A program made the position numbers and the translations under genes. Positions 40,036-49,800 of a stretch of DNA of 64,000 nucleotides are shown piece after piece (positions within the stretch are counted from its first letter, which is position 1; every line of letters begins with the position of its first letter). Origin of the DNA: a bacterium. Its GTDB lineage: Bacteria > Zhuqueibacterota > Zhuqueibacteria > Oceanimicrobiales > Oceanimicrobiaceae. The DNA is taken from positions 32,600 through 96,599 of the forward strand of contig JBBIIG010000010.1 in NCBI GenBank assembly GCA_037446635.1, in the 5' to 3' direction. The notes below the pieces were generated by a model. It saw only the letters and a list, made by a program, of their open reading frames with translations, searched no databases and had not been told where the DNA came from.

Positions 40036-40800
40036 ATGAAAACGGGTGGCACTATGGAGAACATCGGACGCCTTCTTAAAAACAAACGAACGGGATTAAA
40101 CAAATCCCTCGATGACATTTATGCCCAAACCCGCATCGCGGTGGATCATCTACGCCATTTGGAGGAAAACAATTTTGACTTTCTGCCAGCGACCTACATC
40201 AAGTCATTTCTAAAAACCTACGCCATCGCTCTCGGTCTCGACGACGAAGAGATTTTGCGAATATTTCAGCAAAATCAACAAGAGCAAAAAGCCGAAAAGG
40301 ATAAAGAATCCAAAATTCAGCAAGAAAGACTGCAAGCGGCGCCGCCTCACAGCCGCCTGTTGGAGTGGGCGCTGACCGCGGGCGCGTTACTGCTGTTGAT
40401 TTTTATTATAGTTGTTTATGTGCAGTACCGTTCGGAAACCTATGCACGCCCACCGGAAAATAGGAATGGCCACTCCCGAAGCCTGAATTTCAACGCTGGA
40501 AATCCTGCGGTGATTTTGAGTTCCACGCCGGCTGGCGTAACTACGAAAACGTTTCAATTAAAAATTGCCGGTCTCGAAAATTTGGCGATTCAGTTAGATA
40601 TGACCGGCGTGTACTCAGCACAGCTTCCCGCCTCGCAAAAACTCAACACGGCAACCATCACGGCGGTGGAAAGATTCGATATCGTTATCGATGAGGCGCA
40701 GGGTCTCAACTTGAAATTCGACGATATGGAGATGACCGATTTGGGCGTCTCCGGCGGTCAAATGAGACTGACTATCGTCCGCAGCGGCCGTAACCGGTAA
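40036..40800 (+). CDS. RodZ-like HTH membrane protein
   Basis: IGRLLKNKR...LEENNFDFLPATYIKSFLKTYA HTH, single TM helix, beta-rich C-terminus. Confidence 0.8.
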   Translation: MKTGGTMENIGRLLKNKRTGLNKSLDDIYAQTRIAVDHLRHLEENNFDFLPATYIKSFLKTYAIALGLDDEEILRIFQQNQQEQKAEKDKESKIQQERLQAAPPHSRLLEWALTAGALLLLIFIIVVYVQYRSETYARPPENRNGHSRSLNFNAGNPAVILSSTPAGVTTKTFQLKIAGLENLAIQLDMTGVYSAQLPASQKLNTATITAVERFDIVIDEAQGLNLKFDDMEMTDLGVSGGQMRLTIVRSGRNR

Positions 40801-40831
40801 TCCAATTCGCTTGCAGCAAACGAACGACGCC

Positions 40832-42244
40832 ATGAGAGAGCTCACACCCAACACCATCCAACGCGTCTATTTCATCGCTATTTGCGGCACCGGTATGACC
40901 GCTTTGGCCGGCATGTTGAAATCACAAGGCTACGACGTGCGCGGTTCCGATCAGAATGTGTACCCGCCCATGAGCACATTTCTTGATGAGCTGCAAATTC
41001 CTTATCACATCGGCTTTGATGAAAAGCATCTCGAGCCGCCGCCCGATCTCGTGATCATCGGCAACGCCATGTCGCGCGGCAATCCCGAAGTCGAGGCCGC
41101 GCTCGATCGCAAACTCAATTATGTGTCGCTGCCATTTGCGCTGCGGGAATTTTTTATTCGCGGGAAATATTCCTGCGTGGTTGCCGGCACGCACGGCAAG
41201 ACCACGACCAGCGCCCTCCTGGCGTGGGTTCTGGAAACGTCCGGGCGCGATCCCGGATTCTTCATCGGCGGCATTCCGGAAAATTTTGGCCGCGGTTATA
41301 AATTGGGAAACGGCAATATTTTTATCTCCGAAGGCGACGAATACGACTCGGCGTTTTTCGACAAAGGCTCAAAATTTTTTCACTACCTCCCCGACCTGGT
41401 GATTTTAAATAACATCGAATTTGACCACGCCGATATTTTCCGCAACCTCGATGACATCGAAACCGCCTTCAAACGCTTCATCAACCTCATCCCCCGCAGC
41501 GGCTATCTCATTGCCGGCTGGGATGATCCGCTGGTAAGAAAATTAAGTGAGAAAGCTTTTTCGAGAATAGTAACCTTCGGGCTCGCCGCAGAGGCGGAAT
41601 GGCGCGCTCAAAATATCATGGTGGATGCTGAGGCTACGAGGTTCGAGGTTTATCATAAAGATAAATTATACGGCGGGTTTTCGACGCCGCTCTTCGGTCT
41701 GCACATGATCAAAAACTGTCTGGGGGTGATCGCCGCGGGCGTTGCGCTCGGGCTTTCGAAAGAAGAGATTGCGGCCGGATTAGCCACGTTCAAAAATGTG
41801 CGGCGCCGGCTGCAATTGAAGGGAGAAGCGAAGGGCGTCAAAATTTTTGATGATTTCGCTCATCATCCCACCGCGGTGCACGACACCATCGAAGGCCTGC
41901 GCGGCCGCTTTCCGAATCGCCGCCTCTGGGCGGTTTATGAACCGCGCACCGCCTCCAGCAAGCGCAAAATGTTTGAGCAGGATTACATCCAAGCCCTGGC
42001 GCTGGCCGACCGCGTGATTCTCACTCCGCTGCATTTGCCGGAAAAAGTTCCGGCCGCTGAGCGTCTCTCCGTGGAGAAGATCGCCAGCGCGTTGAACCAA
42101 ATGAAAATTCAAACCTGGATATTGCCGGCCAATACCGAGATGCTCGATTTTTTGAAATTACATCTCCAGCGCGACGATATCGTGCTATTTATGAGCAACG
42201 GCGATTTTCACGGCATTCCAGATCAACTGTTAACTTTCATTTAA
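40832..42244 (+). CDS. mpl: Murein peptide ligase (Mpl/MurC family)
   Basis: IAICGTGM, GSDQNVYPPMS, GTHGKTTT, DDFAHHPTA; ORF open from 40811. Confidence 0.9.
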   Translation: MRELTPNTIQRVYFIAICGTGMTALAGMLKSQGYDVRGSDQNVYPPMSTFLDELQIPYHIGFDEKHLEPPPDLVIIGNAMSRGNPEVEAALDRKLNYVSLPFALREFFIRGKYSCVVAGTHGKTTTSALLAWVLETSGRDPGFFIGGIPENFGRGYKLGNGNIFISEGDEYDSAFFDKGSKFFHYLPDLVILNNIEFDHADIFRNLDDIETAFKRFINLIPRSGYLIAGWDDPLVRKLSEKAFSRIVTFGLAAEAEWRAQNIMVDAEATRFEVYHKDKLYGGFSTPLFGLHMIKNCLGVIAAGVALGLSKEEIAAGLATFKNVRRRLQLKGEAKGVKIFDDFAHHPTAVHDTIEGLRGRFPNRRLWAVYEPRTASSKRKMFEQDYIQALALADRVILTPLHLPEKVPAAERLSVEKIASALNQMKIQTWILPANTEMLDFLKLHLQRDDIVLFMSNGDFHGIPDQLLTFI

Positions 42245-42261
42245 ACTATGGGATTTTAATT

Positions 42262-42744
42262 ATGGATAAAGGAAAAAGACGGCCTTTCAGAAGGCCGCGC
42301 AGAAATGAAGAATTCGACAACTCAAATATCAAAAGAATTATTTCGGAGGTTGAAGAAAAACTGAAAGACTCGCTCAAACCGGAGACGCTCTCCGGGCTGA
42401 ACTCTTTTGAACGCAAGATGGTTCACCGCCATTTCGATCACAGCAAAGAATTCAAGACGCGCACCTATCGCAACGGCGAAGACTACACGCTGTGCGTTTA
42501 CCCGGTGGGAAACCTCGAACGCTTCGCCAAAGCCAAAGCGCAGGAATGCCTGGACACCGGCGCCGATATCGATCTGCCGCCCATGCCCAGCTTCGAGCGC
42601 TTTATCATTCACAATGTTTTGAAGGAAGTGCCCGGCGTGGAAACCGCCAGCCACGGCGAAGGCGATCAGCGCCACATTCAAATCGTCAGCAAAAAATTCG
42701 GCCGCGGCTTGAAGCAGATCGTCAAGAAAATAAAATTGTTTTAG
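42262..42744 (+). CDS. Protein with two tandem R3H domains
   Basis: LNSFERKMVH and MPSFERFIIH motifs; basic N-terminus. Confidence 0.8.
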   Translation: MDKGKRRPFRRPRRNEEFDNSNIKRIISEVEEKLKDSLKPETLSGLNSFERKMVHRHFDHSKEFKTRTYRNGEDYTLCVYPVGNLERFAKAKAQECLDTGADIDLPPMPSFERFIIHNVLKEVPGVETASHGEGDQRHIQIVSKKFGRGLKQIVKKIKLF

Positions 42745-42786
42745 TCTCAATCAACGTTTATTAAACCTACCAGGTCTTGTAAACGA

Positions 42787-44388
42787 TTAAGGTTTTACCC
42801 AGATCGGATTCGTGAGACACCGCAGCGTGCGCGCGCCGGTTTTGGAATCCAGCTCGGCGCGAAAGTAGCAGGGGCCGGAGTCGCTCACTGCGATCTGTTC
42901 GCGTTGGAGAAACGCATTTGCAAAATCATTTTGCAGATAAAACAAATCTTCTTTTTTCTCGGCCAAATTCCCGCGATAAATTCGAAGCTCGCTCAGCGCG
43001 CCGAATTCCGCGGTGGAGCGGCACTCACAAATTATTTCGATTCCTGCTCCGGCAATCTCGCCGCCCAGGCGCGCGGTTTCTTCTCTGCTGTTCTGTAATT
43101 TTATTTCCACAAAAGGGCCATTGCTGATCACCATGCGGCCGCTCTTAAAGCCATCGATCAACGCGGCCAGCGACAGGCCGTTTTCGAGCAGCACGCCCGT
43201 CCGAATCGCTCCAAACAGATGCTCGTGATGTTCCCGCATGGTGAAGAAAGGCCAGCCGATTTGCCGGAAGCGATTGAAGTTGCCGTGGGCATCGCTGCCG
43301 CCGCAGATGAAGATGCGCCGCCCCTCCAGCAGCAGCCGGATCCAGAGCCGTTTTCCCTCTTCAAATCCGTCGGCGGCGCCGTTCCAAATTTGCAGGCCGT
43401 GTAATCCCGCGTGCAAAAAATCTTGCTGCTGCCAATTTCCCCGCCGCAGCAGCAGCCACTCCAAAAATGGCGGTTTCACGGCGGGGTGAGCTGCAAACGC
43501 CGCCGAATTGGAATCGATTCGACTCAAAACGTCGGCAATGGAAAGGGTGGGTTGGGTGCGCAGCCACTTTTCCGCGCTGTCGCCAGCACCCGGCAAAAAT
43601 TCCGGAGGATTCAAAATGAGAAAATGGACGTTGCGATTTTTTGAATTGCCCACCGACACCTCTTCTCCGGGCACGATCACAAAATCGGAGGCGTGTTGAT
43701 TGAGCGATTGAATTTCGCTCTGCAAATTTTTCCATTTAACAAGATTGGGGTCGTTTCGCAGGTAGTTTTCCGGAAGGTCGTCGAGATCGTAAGAGTGATC
43801 GGTGGCGCAGAAAAAATGTAAGCCCATGGCCTGCGCCAATTGCGCGGAAGCCTCCAGCGGCGCGCCAAACTCCACCTGATCGCTGGTGTAGCTGGTGTGG
43901 CAGTGGAATTCACCAAAATACCAATTAGTGTTTTGCGGAAAATTTTCCGACGCGATGAACACCTCAAAGGGCGCGTGGCTGGCGGCGACGTAATTGTCGT
44001 TTTTGATGATTTTGCTTTTTCCGTCCTGCGTGATGGCGACGGTCACCTCAACCTGAGTTTCGCCTTTGAAATGTTTTGGGGGCGGGATTTCTAATACTCG
44101 GCGCCACAGGGGTTGGGCAATCTCTTGAGATGCAAAATCGAAAACGACGCGCTGGGTTTCGCCGCGATTGCTAATTACAATCTCAACGGCGTCGATCTGA
44201 ATAGGATATTGATGGGCGTCCTTAACGATGATCAGTATCGGGAGTTTGGCCCCCGGCTTAATGCGGCGGGGGAGATCCGCGATGATCTCCGGTTCTTTTT
44301 TTCGCAGACGGCTATAGACGCCTTTGAATTTGTAATGCGTCTCGGCATAAAGGAGAACCAATGGCGTGAGAATTTCGAGAAAGTTCAT
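42787..44388 (-). CDS. PHP-superfamily metallohydrolase with Ig-like flanking regions
   Basis: HCHTSYTSD, ATDH, PGEE, AAHP, GGSDAH. Confidence 0.82.
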   Translation of the reverse strand: MNFLEILTPLVLLYAETHYKFKGVYSRLRKKEPEIIADLPRRIKPGAKLPILIIVKDAHQYPIQIDAVEIVISNRGETQRVVFDFASQEIAQPLWRRVLEIPPPKHFKGETQVEVTVAITQDGKSKIIKNDNYVAASHAPFEVFIASENFPQNTNWYFGEFHCHTSYTSDQVEFGAPLEASAQLAQAMGLHFFCATDHSYDLDDLPENYLRNDPNLVKWKNLQSEIQSLNQHASDFVIVPGEEVSVGNSKNRNVHFLILNPPEFLPGAGDSAEKWLRTQPTLSIADVLSRIDSNSAAFAAHPAVKPPFLEWLLLRRGNWQQQDFLHAGLHGLQIWNGAADGFEEGKRLWIRLLLEGRRIFICGGSDAHGNFNRFRQIGWPFFTMREHHEHLFGAIRTGVLLENGLSLAALIDGFKSGRMVISNGPFVEIKLQNSREETARLGGEIAGAGIEIICECRSTAEFGALSELRIYRGNLAEKKEDLFYLQNDFANAFLQREQIAVSDSGPCYFRAELDSKTGARTLRCLTNPIWVKP

Positions 44389-44453
44389 TTAGTTGGTTAC
44401 AAATTCTCGATCTTGATCGGAGTGGGATAAAAATATTTCTTTCGGCAGCATAG

Positions 44454-44867
44454 TTAGGCCGGAACCAGATCAAGAAGAGCGTGGGCAATTTCTGCAAACG
44501 CGTTTTTATTTTTGGGATCAGATAGTCTGATGGTTTTTAAATGGCGAAAAATCCAAGGGATGGCTTCTTGCGAAAGTTTTTCCGGAGGTCCAACCAGAAC
44601 GGGAATTAAGCGATTTTTAAACCGCTTCTCTCCTAACGCATACTCGATTTCACTATGGATCCAGTGAGAGCGCAGGGCGTTCGGTGTGAGCAAAACGACC
44701 ATGGCGTCTGAATCGCGAAGCGCCTGGGCTACCTTATCTGCCCAATTGTCGCCCGGCAAAATCTCGCGCTGGTCGTCCCAAACCTCCAAACCGGCTGCTT
44801 GCAAATACTTTGCGACTTTTCTCGCCAAGGCCTCGTCGGTGTGATTGTAACTGATAAAAACTTTCAT
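44454..44867 (-). CDS. Stand-alone TIR domain protein
   Basis: KVFISY, EVWDD, ILPGDNW, SHWIHSEIEYAL with the catalytic-position Glu. Confidence 0.9.
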   Translation of the reverse strand: MKVFISYNHTDEALARKVAKYLQAAGLEVWDDQREILPGDNWADKVAQALRDSDAMVVLLTPNALRSHWIHSEIEYALGEKRFKNRLIPVLVGPPEKLSQEAIPWIFRHLKTIRLSDPKNKNAFAEIAHALLDLVPA

Positions 44868-44957
44868 AACACAATCTCGATTTAGAACAAATGAGTTGTT
44901 AATTTTTTTGACGAATTGAATTTAAATTAACCTGTGGTAAGAATCAATCAAATAAGC

Positions 44958-46130
44958 TTAAATTTTTTCTGCCGTCCGCCCTGCAACTATTTTTTTCATT
45001 TTCCAATTCAATTTCCAGTAATACGAAATGCCTTTCCATTCCACCTTCGTTGGAAAGAGCAGCACCGGCGTAAAAAAAATGGTGTAACAAAAATAGAAAA
45101 TTTCCCAGAGTGGAAAATAAGCCAGCAGGTCGCGGCGGTGAATCATGCCGGCCGTGCGCCAGAGCAAACCGAAGTCGGCTAACAGCACGGCGCTCATTGC
45201 CAGCAAACCAACATCTATCGCAAGAAAAAGAAATGACAGCGGCAGCACAAGGTGCGTCAGCAGCGAGAGCGCCATGAGAAATTTGCCGTACCATCCCACT
45301 TCTTTGCCGCCGGCCGACCACCGTTTGCGCTGATGGTAGAATCGGCGCAGAGTGGGCATGGGGCGGCTGTGCACCAGCATCTCCGCATCGATGGGGTAGA
45401 GCACCCGCCACGACGTTTTTTGGATCAAGGTTTTCATCAGCGCAAAATCTTCGATGATGGTGAACCCCATTTGGCGATACCCGCCGACTTCCTCGTAAGC
45501 CGCCCGGCGGAACGAAAAGTTATTTCCCAAAACGCTCAGCGGCACGCCCATGCCAATAGCGCCGGCGCCAATGGAAAGCAGGTAAGCCCAATCCAGCGAT
45601 TGCACTTTTTCAAAAAGAGGAGCGCCGTCGTTTTTTTCATCCAACAAAGTGAAGCCGCCCACCAGCCCCACGTCGGCCTCATAATAGGCGGCGTGGGTTC
45701 GCGCCCAATTGCGCGGAACACGGCAGTCGCCGTCGGTGACCAAAATCAAATCGCCGGTTGCCAACTCCATTCCCTGCGCGATGGCGTTGGCTTTTCCGGA
45801 CAATCCCGGAATGGCGTTATGAATATGCAGCGTTTTGATGAGTGAAGATTTACTTTTGAATTCTTCAATGATCCCGCCAGTTTGATCCGCTGAACGATCG
45901 TTAATAAGCACGATTTCGATCTTGTCTTGCGGATATTCCAACTCCAGCAGCGACTGGATGCAGCCGCCCACTGTTTGTTCTTCGTTTCGCAGCGCAACCA
46001 GCACGGAAATTTTCGGGGCGCGTTTTTTTTGGGGATACCGCAGCCGCGTGGTTCCGATAAACATGAACAGAGTTTGTCCCACGTAGAGTGCGGCGGTCGA
46101 AAAAATCAGGATCACGAAAAGCTCAAGCAT
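44958..46130 (-). CDS. Membrane GT2 glycosyltransferase
   Basis: RNEE, NDRSAD, TDGDC, IED, QRKRW, flanking TM helices. Confidence 0.9.
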   Translation of the reverse strand: MLELFVILIFSTAALYVGQTLFMFIGTTRLRYPQKKRAPKISVLVALRNEEQTVGGCIQSLLELEYPQDKIEIVLINDRSADQTGGIIEEFKSKSSLIKTLHIHNAIPGLSGKANAIAQGMELATGDLILVTDGDCRVPRNWARTHAAYYEADVGLVGGFTLLDEKNDGAPLFEKVQSLDWAYLLSIGAGAIGMGVPLSVLGNNFSFRRAAYEEVGGYRQMGFTIIEDFALMKTLIQKTSWRVLYPIDAEMLVHSRPMPTLRRFYHQRKRWSAGGKEVGWYGKFLMALSLLTHLVLPLSFLFLAIDVGLLAMSAVLLADFGLLWRTAGMIHRRDLLAYFPLWEIFYFCYTIFFTPVLLFPTKVEWKGISYYWKLNWKMKKIVAGRTAEKI

Positions 46131-47313
46131 GAGTTGGCGTCTTTCTTAACTTGGGTAACCGATCGATAAGTTTAGTTTGATGCCCACGGATTTGCGCAGA
46201 GTGATTTTCACCCTTCCATTTGAAATTTGAGAATCTCCCTAACAAACCTATCGCCGCGATGTAAATGGGATGCAGCGCCGCGGCGGCAAGAAAGATGAAC
46301 GGAGAAAACCGAATTTGAAACCAACGCGCCCCGCGATTCAAAAAATAATATTCGGAAAAACTTTTGATGAAAAAAGCCGCGCTCACCACCGGCAAAATGA
46401 TTGGCTGAAAGAAGCTGCCCATCGCGCCCAGCACGAGCAGCAGATTCAAAACATAAACGGCGGCGAGGGAGAGGGTGACGGGCGCGGAATAATTGGCGCA
46501 CTTCGAGGCGTAGCGAATGCGCTGCTGAACGAAGTCCCGCAGCGTTTCCGGCGGCGCCGTGGGCACGAAGGTTTTGGGATTGGCGGCGTAGCGAATTTTC
46601 CAGTTCGTGGATTCGCGCACCCGTTCAAGAAAAAAATCATCGTCGCCGGAAATCCAGCGGCCGTGTTTTTGAAAGCCGTCGAGTTCAAAATAAATCTGCC
46701 GGCGATAGGCGAGATTTCCGCCGCTGCAGCTCATCGGGTAATTGAGTCCGGCGCTGGCGGCGGCCACGCACGCCATCGCGAAATAATCGAGCGCCATAAT
46801 TTTGGAGAACAGCGAATCATTTGTTTGATAGGGATTGTAGCCGGCAACCATCCCAACGTTCGCGGTGAAATATTTGACGATCTCCGCGATCCACTCCGGG
46901 CCCGGCTGGCAGTCGGCGTCGGTGGTGAAAATGATGTCGCCGCGGGCGCTGCGGACGCCGAGATCGATGGCACGTTTCTTGGGGGCGAAATCCGGCGCGC
47001 GATCGGTGATGCGCAGCAGCCGCACCCGCCGGTTTGTTTTCGCAAAATCTTCGACGATTTCGGCGGTGCGATCGGTGGAGCGATCATCGACCACAATGAC
47101 TTCCAGCCGATTTTGGGGATAAGTTTGATTTAAAATTGCCGCCAGACAGGTGGCGATGTTTTGTTCCTCGTTGCGCGCCGCCACGACGATGGACACGCTG
47201 GGTTGCGCGCCGCTTCGCTCGCAATCATATTTGCGAAAGCCTTTTCGCGAAAGAATTAAAGCGAGGGCGTAAAGCCCGGTTAACGAGCAGAGGGCGATAA
47301 AGTAAAACGCCAT
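46123..47313 (-). CDS. Membrane GT2 glycosyltransferase
   Basis: ARNEE, DDRSTD, TDADC, GDDD, QRIRY. Confidence 0.9.
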   Translation of the reverse strand: MAFYFIALCSLTGLYALALILSRKGFRKYDCERSGAQPSVSIVVAARNEEQNIATCLAAILNQTYPQNRLEVIVVDDRSTDRTAEIVEDFAKTNRRVRLLRITDRAPDFAPKKRAIDLGVRSARGDIIFTTDADCQPGPEWIAEIVKYFTANVGMVAGYNPYQTNDSLFSKIMALDYFAMACVAAASAGLNYPMSCSGGNLAYRRQIYFELDGFQKHGRWISGDDDFFLERVRESTNWKIRYAANPKTFVPTAPPETLRDFVQQRIRYASKCANYSAPVTLSLAAVYVLNLLLVLGAMGSFFQPIILPVVSAAFFIKSFSEYYFLNRGARWFQIRFSPFIFLAAAALHPIYIAAIGLLGRFSNFKWKGENHSAQIRGHQTKLIDRLPKLRKTPTHA

Positions 47314-47925
47314 TTAAGTTTCTGGAATGGGTGAAAATGTTATGCCGCGCGCGATCAAATCGCCGAGCGAGTTTTTCAGGGCGTTCAGCGTGGCGCGGCT
47401 GTTGGCGTGGCCGTCGTGCATCAAAATGATTTTGCCGGGCCGCGCTTGTTTTAGCAAATTTCCGCTGATCGTTTCCGCCGTCGCAGCGCTTTGGTAGTCT
47501 TTTGTCGAAGCGCTCCAAAGAATCATTTTGTGGCCGGAATCATTCAGGACGCTCAGCAGATCGGCGCCGAACCGGCCGTAGGGCGGCCGGAAAAGCGTCG
47601 TTCTTTTTCCAATGATTTCCGCGATCGCGGCGTCGGTTTCCGTCACTTCGGCGCGAATGAAATCTTTGGTTTTTCCCACCAGCCGCGGATGCCGGAACGA
47701 GTGATTGCCGACGGCGTGCCCGTCCTCAAAAATTTGTTTGATAATTTGCGGGTGGCGCTGCGCTTTTTCTCCCAACACGAAAAAAGTAGCGCGCACAGCG
47801 TGTTCACGAAAAAGGGCCAGAATTCCGGGCGTGATCGCCGGGTCGGGCCCGTCGTCAAACGTCAAATAGACGTGCGCCGGCGGCATGCGCCAGATGACGG
47901 TTGGCAAAAAATTCAAGTTAGCCAT
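47314..47925 (-). CDS. Polysaccharide deacetylase (CE4/NodB)
   Basis: TFDDGP, HSFRH, FRPPYG, LMHD; no signal peptide; ORF open from 47946. Confidence 0.92.
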   Translation of the reverse strand: MANLNFLPTVIWRMPPAHVYLTFDDGPDPAITPGILALFREHAVRATFFVLGEKAQRHPQIIKQIFEDGHAVGNHSFRHPRLVGKTKDFIRAEVTETDAAIAEIIGKRTTLFRPPYGRFGADLLSVLNDSGHKMILWSASTKDYQSAATAETISGNLLKQARPGKIILMHDGHANSRATLNALKNSLGDLIARGITFSPIPET

Positions 47926-48862
47926 TTTTGATTTTCGATTTCTCAAAAAGAAAATACAAACCGATAAAAGCCGGGCCGGCGACGTTTATGATAAAAAGCA
48001 AAATCGCTGCGTTGAACGCCGCCGCGGCGCTGACTCCAATTTTGGAGAAAAAAAAGACGGCGGCGCCTTCGCGAATGCCGAGATCGCCGAATGAAATGGG
48101 CAGCAGGGTTTTGACGAGAAACGCGCCCGCCGCTGCGGTTAACCCTTCCAAGAAATTGAACGACTGGAAGCTTAAAATCAGAAACAGCAATTGCAGCATG
48201 AAAATAAAATAGAACAGCGCCGAGTAGAAAAAGATCAGCAAATAGTTTTTGACGTTAAGGCCGGTGGGTTGGAGCGCCGCGGGAGCAGTGGAAAATTTAA
48301 ACAGCGCGGCCGCGCCCGCCATCAGAAAAACGAGGGAGAGGCTCAACATTTTCCAGCCGGCAATTTGTGAAAATAAAATCGCGGCCAATCCAAATACAAC
48401 GGTGACGATCAAATTGCTGGCTTTGTCGAGGATCGCCAGCGTCAGAGTGGTTTTCTTGGGGATGAGATCGATCAGCCAGCCGCGCCCAATTTCTCCCAAT
48501 CGACCGGGCGTGATCATGCCCAGCGGAAAACCAATCAGCAGCGATTTTAATGAGACCAACGGCTCCACGGTTGCATCAACTCGCGTCAGCAAAAAATGCC
48601 ATTTCACCCACTGCACGCCAAGATTGGGAAGCAGCAGGGCCGCCGCGGCGGCGAGATAGCGCCCGTCTGCTTTTTGAAATGTCGCCAATAAAATGTCAGC
48701 GTGAATGCTTTTTATCAGCGCGAAAACGACGCCGGCCGCGACGGTCGCTTTGAGCCAGAACAGCCGTTTGGGATTAGCGATAAAGCCGCAAACCCTGCGA
48801 GCAGTTGGCGCAAATCTCGAGGCTGCTGCGGTCGGTGAGCATGCGCTCTCGGAAAGATTCAT
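47918..48862 (-). CDS. Flippase-like membrane protein (lysylphosphatidylglycerol synthase TM family)
   Basis: KWHFLL, ITPGRLGEIGR, LPISFGDLGIRE; start uncertain. Confidence 0.82.
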   Translation of the reverse strand: MNLSESACSPTAAASRFAPTARRVCGFIANPKRLFWLKATVAAGVVFALIKSIHADILLATFQKADGRYLAAAAALLLPNLGVQWVKWHFLLTRVDATVEPLVSLKSLLIGFPLGMITPGRLGEIGRGWLIDLIPKKTTLTLAILDKASNLIVTVVFGLAAILFSQIAGWKMLSLSLVFLMAGAAALFKFSTAPAALQPTGLNVKNYLLIFFYSALFYFIFMLQLLFLILSFQSFNFLEGLTAAAGAFLVKTLLPISFGDLGIREGAAVFFFSKIGVSAAAAFNAAILLFIINVAGPAFIGLYFLFEKSKIKNG

Positions 48863-49790
48863 AGTTGTCCGAATTCCAAATTTTATGAACCGAATTCTGT
48901 GCGGACACCACTCCAAAATGGTGGCGGGCGTTTTTGTCGAAACAGCAGGGGACGACGACGCCGTCCCAATTTACCAGCGCGCTGGTCCACGGCCGCGGGC
49001 ACGCGCCTTTGACGATCCGTTTGGGCAGCAGATTATTTTCTTCAACACGATAGCGCGCGAGACTGGAATTTTCCGGCAGCCACCCCCGCGCCTCGTCGAG
49101 GGTTTCCACGTGCACGGTTTTGATCAAAAGTTTATCGGCGCCTAAATTTTTCGCCAGCCGTTTCATCTCGGCATTTTGATGCTCGTTGTGCCGCATCACA
49201 ATAAATTGGATGAAAATTTTCGGCGTACGGCGGTTGCGGCGCGCGCGCTCGCCAACGAGATTTTCGATTCCTGAAAGAACTTTTGCGAGCTGGCCGCGCA
49301 CACGGTAGGTTTCGTAACTTTTTTGATCCGCGCCATCGATGGAGACGATCAGTGAATCCAACCCGGAAGCCACCGTTTGCGCCGCCGTTTCCGAATTCAA
49401 ATAATGGCCGTTGGTGCTGGTGGTGACAAAAATGTCTCGGCGCTTGGCGTATTCCACGAATTTCAAAAAATCACGGTTGATGAACGGTTCGCCCTGCTGG
49501 TAGAGGAGCAGATAAAAAAGATAGCCGCCGATTTGATCGATTATCATTTTGAAATGATCGAAATCCATCGCGCCGGCGCGGCGGGTCATCCGCCCGTTGC
49601 CGGTGACGCACAGCGGGCAGCTCAAATTGCAAATGTTGGTGGGCTCGACCGTGAGAATAAATGGCTTTCCCAAAACGATCGGTTTTTTTCTCGCCGCGGA
49701 AATGATAAAGGAGGAGAGGGCTAATCCGGCGTTGAGGGCGCGCCGCGGCGTGATTGTTTTCAAGAGCAGGGTGATCGGAATTTCTTTCAT
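48774..49790 (-). CDS. Radical SAM protein with SPASM/Twitch domain
   Basis: CNLSCPLC, GEP, STNG, CPRPW...PCC...CANC. Confidence 0.92.
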   Translation of the reverse strand: MKEIPITLLLKTITPRRALNAGLALSSFIISAARKKPIVLGKPFILTVEPTNICNLSCPLCVTGNGRMTRRAGAMDFDHFKMIIDQIGGYLFYLLLYQQGEPFINRDFLKFVEYAKRRDIFVTTSTNGHYLNSETAAQTVASGLDSLIVSIDGADQKSYETYRVRGQLAKVLSGIENLVGERARRNRRTPKIFIQFIVMRHNEHQNAEMKRLAKNLGADKLLIKTVHVETLDEARGWLPENSSLARYRVEENNLLPKRIVKGACPRPWTSALVNWDGVVVPCCFDKNARHHFGVVSAQNSVHKIWNSDNYESFRERMLTDRSSLEICANCSQGLRLYR

Positions 49791-49800
49791 CGGTCAGTTT

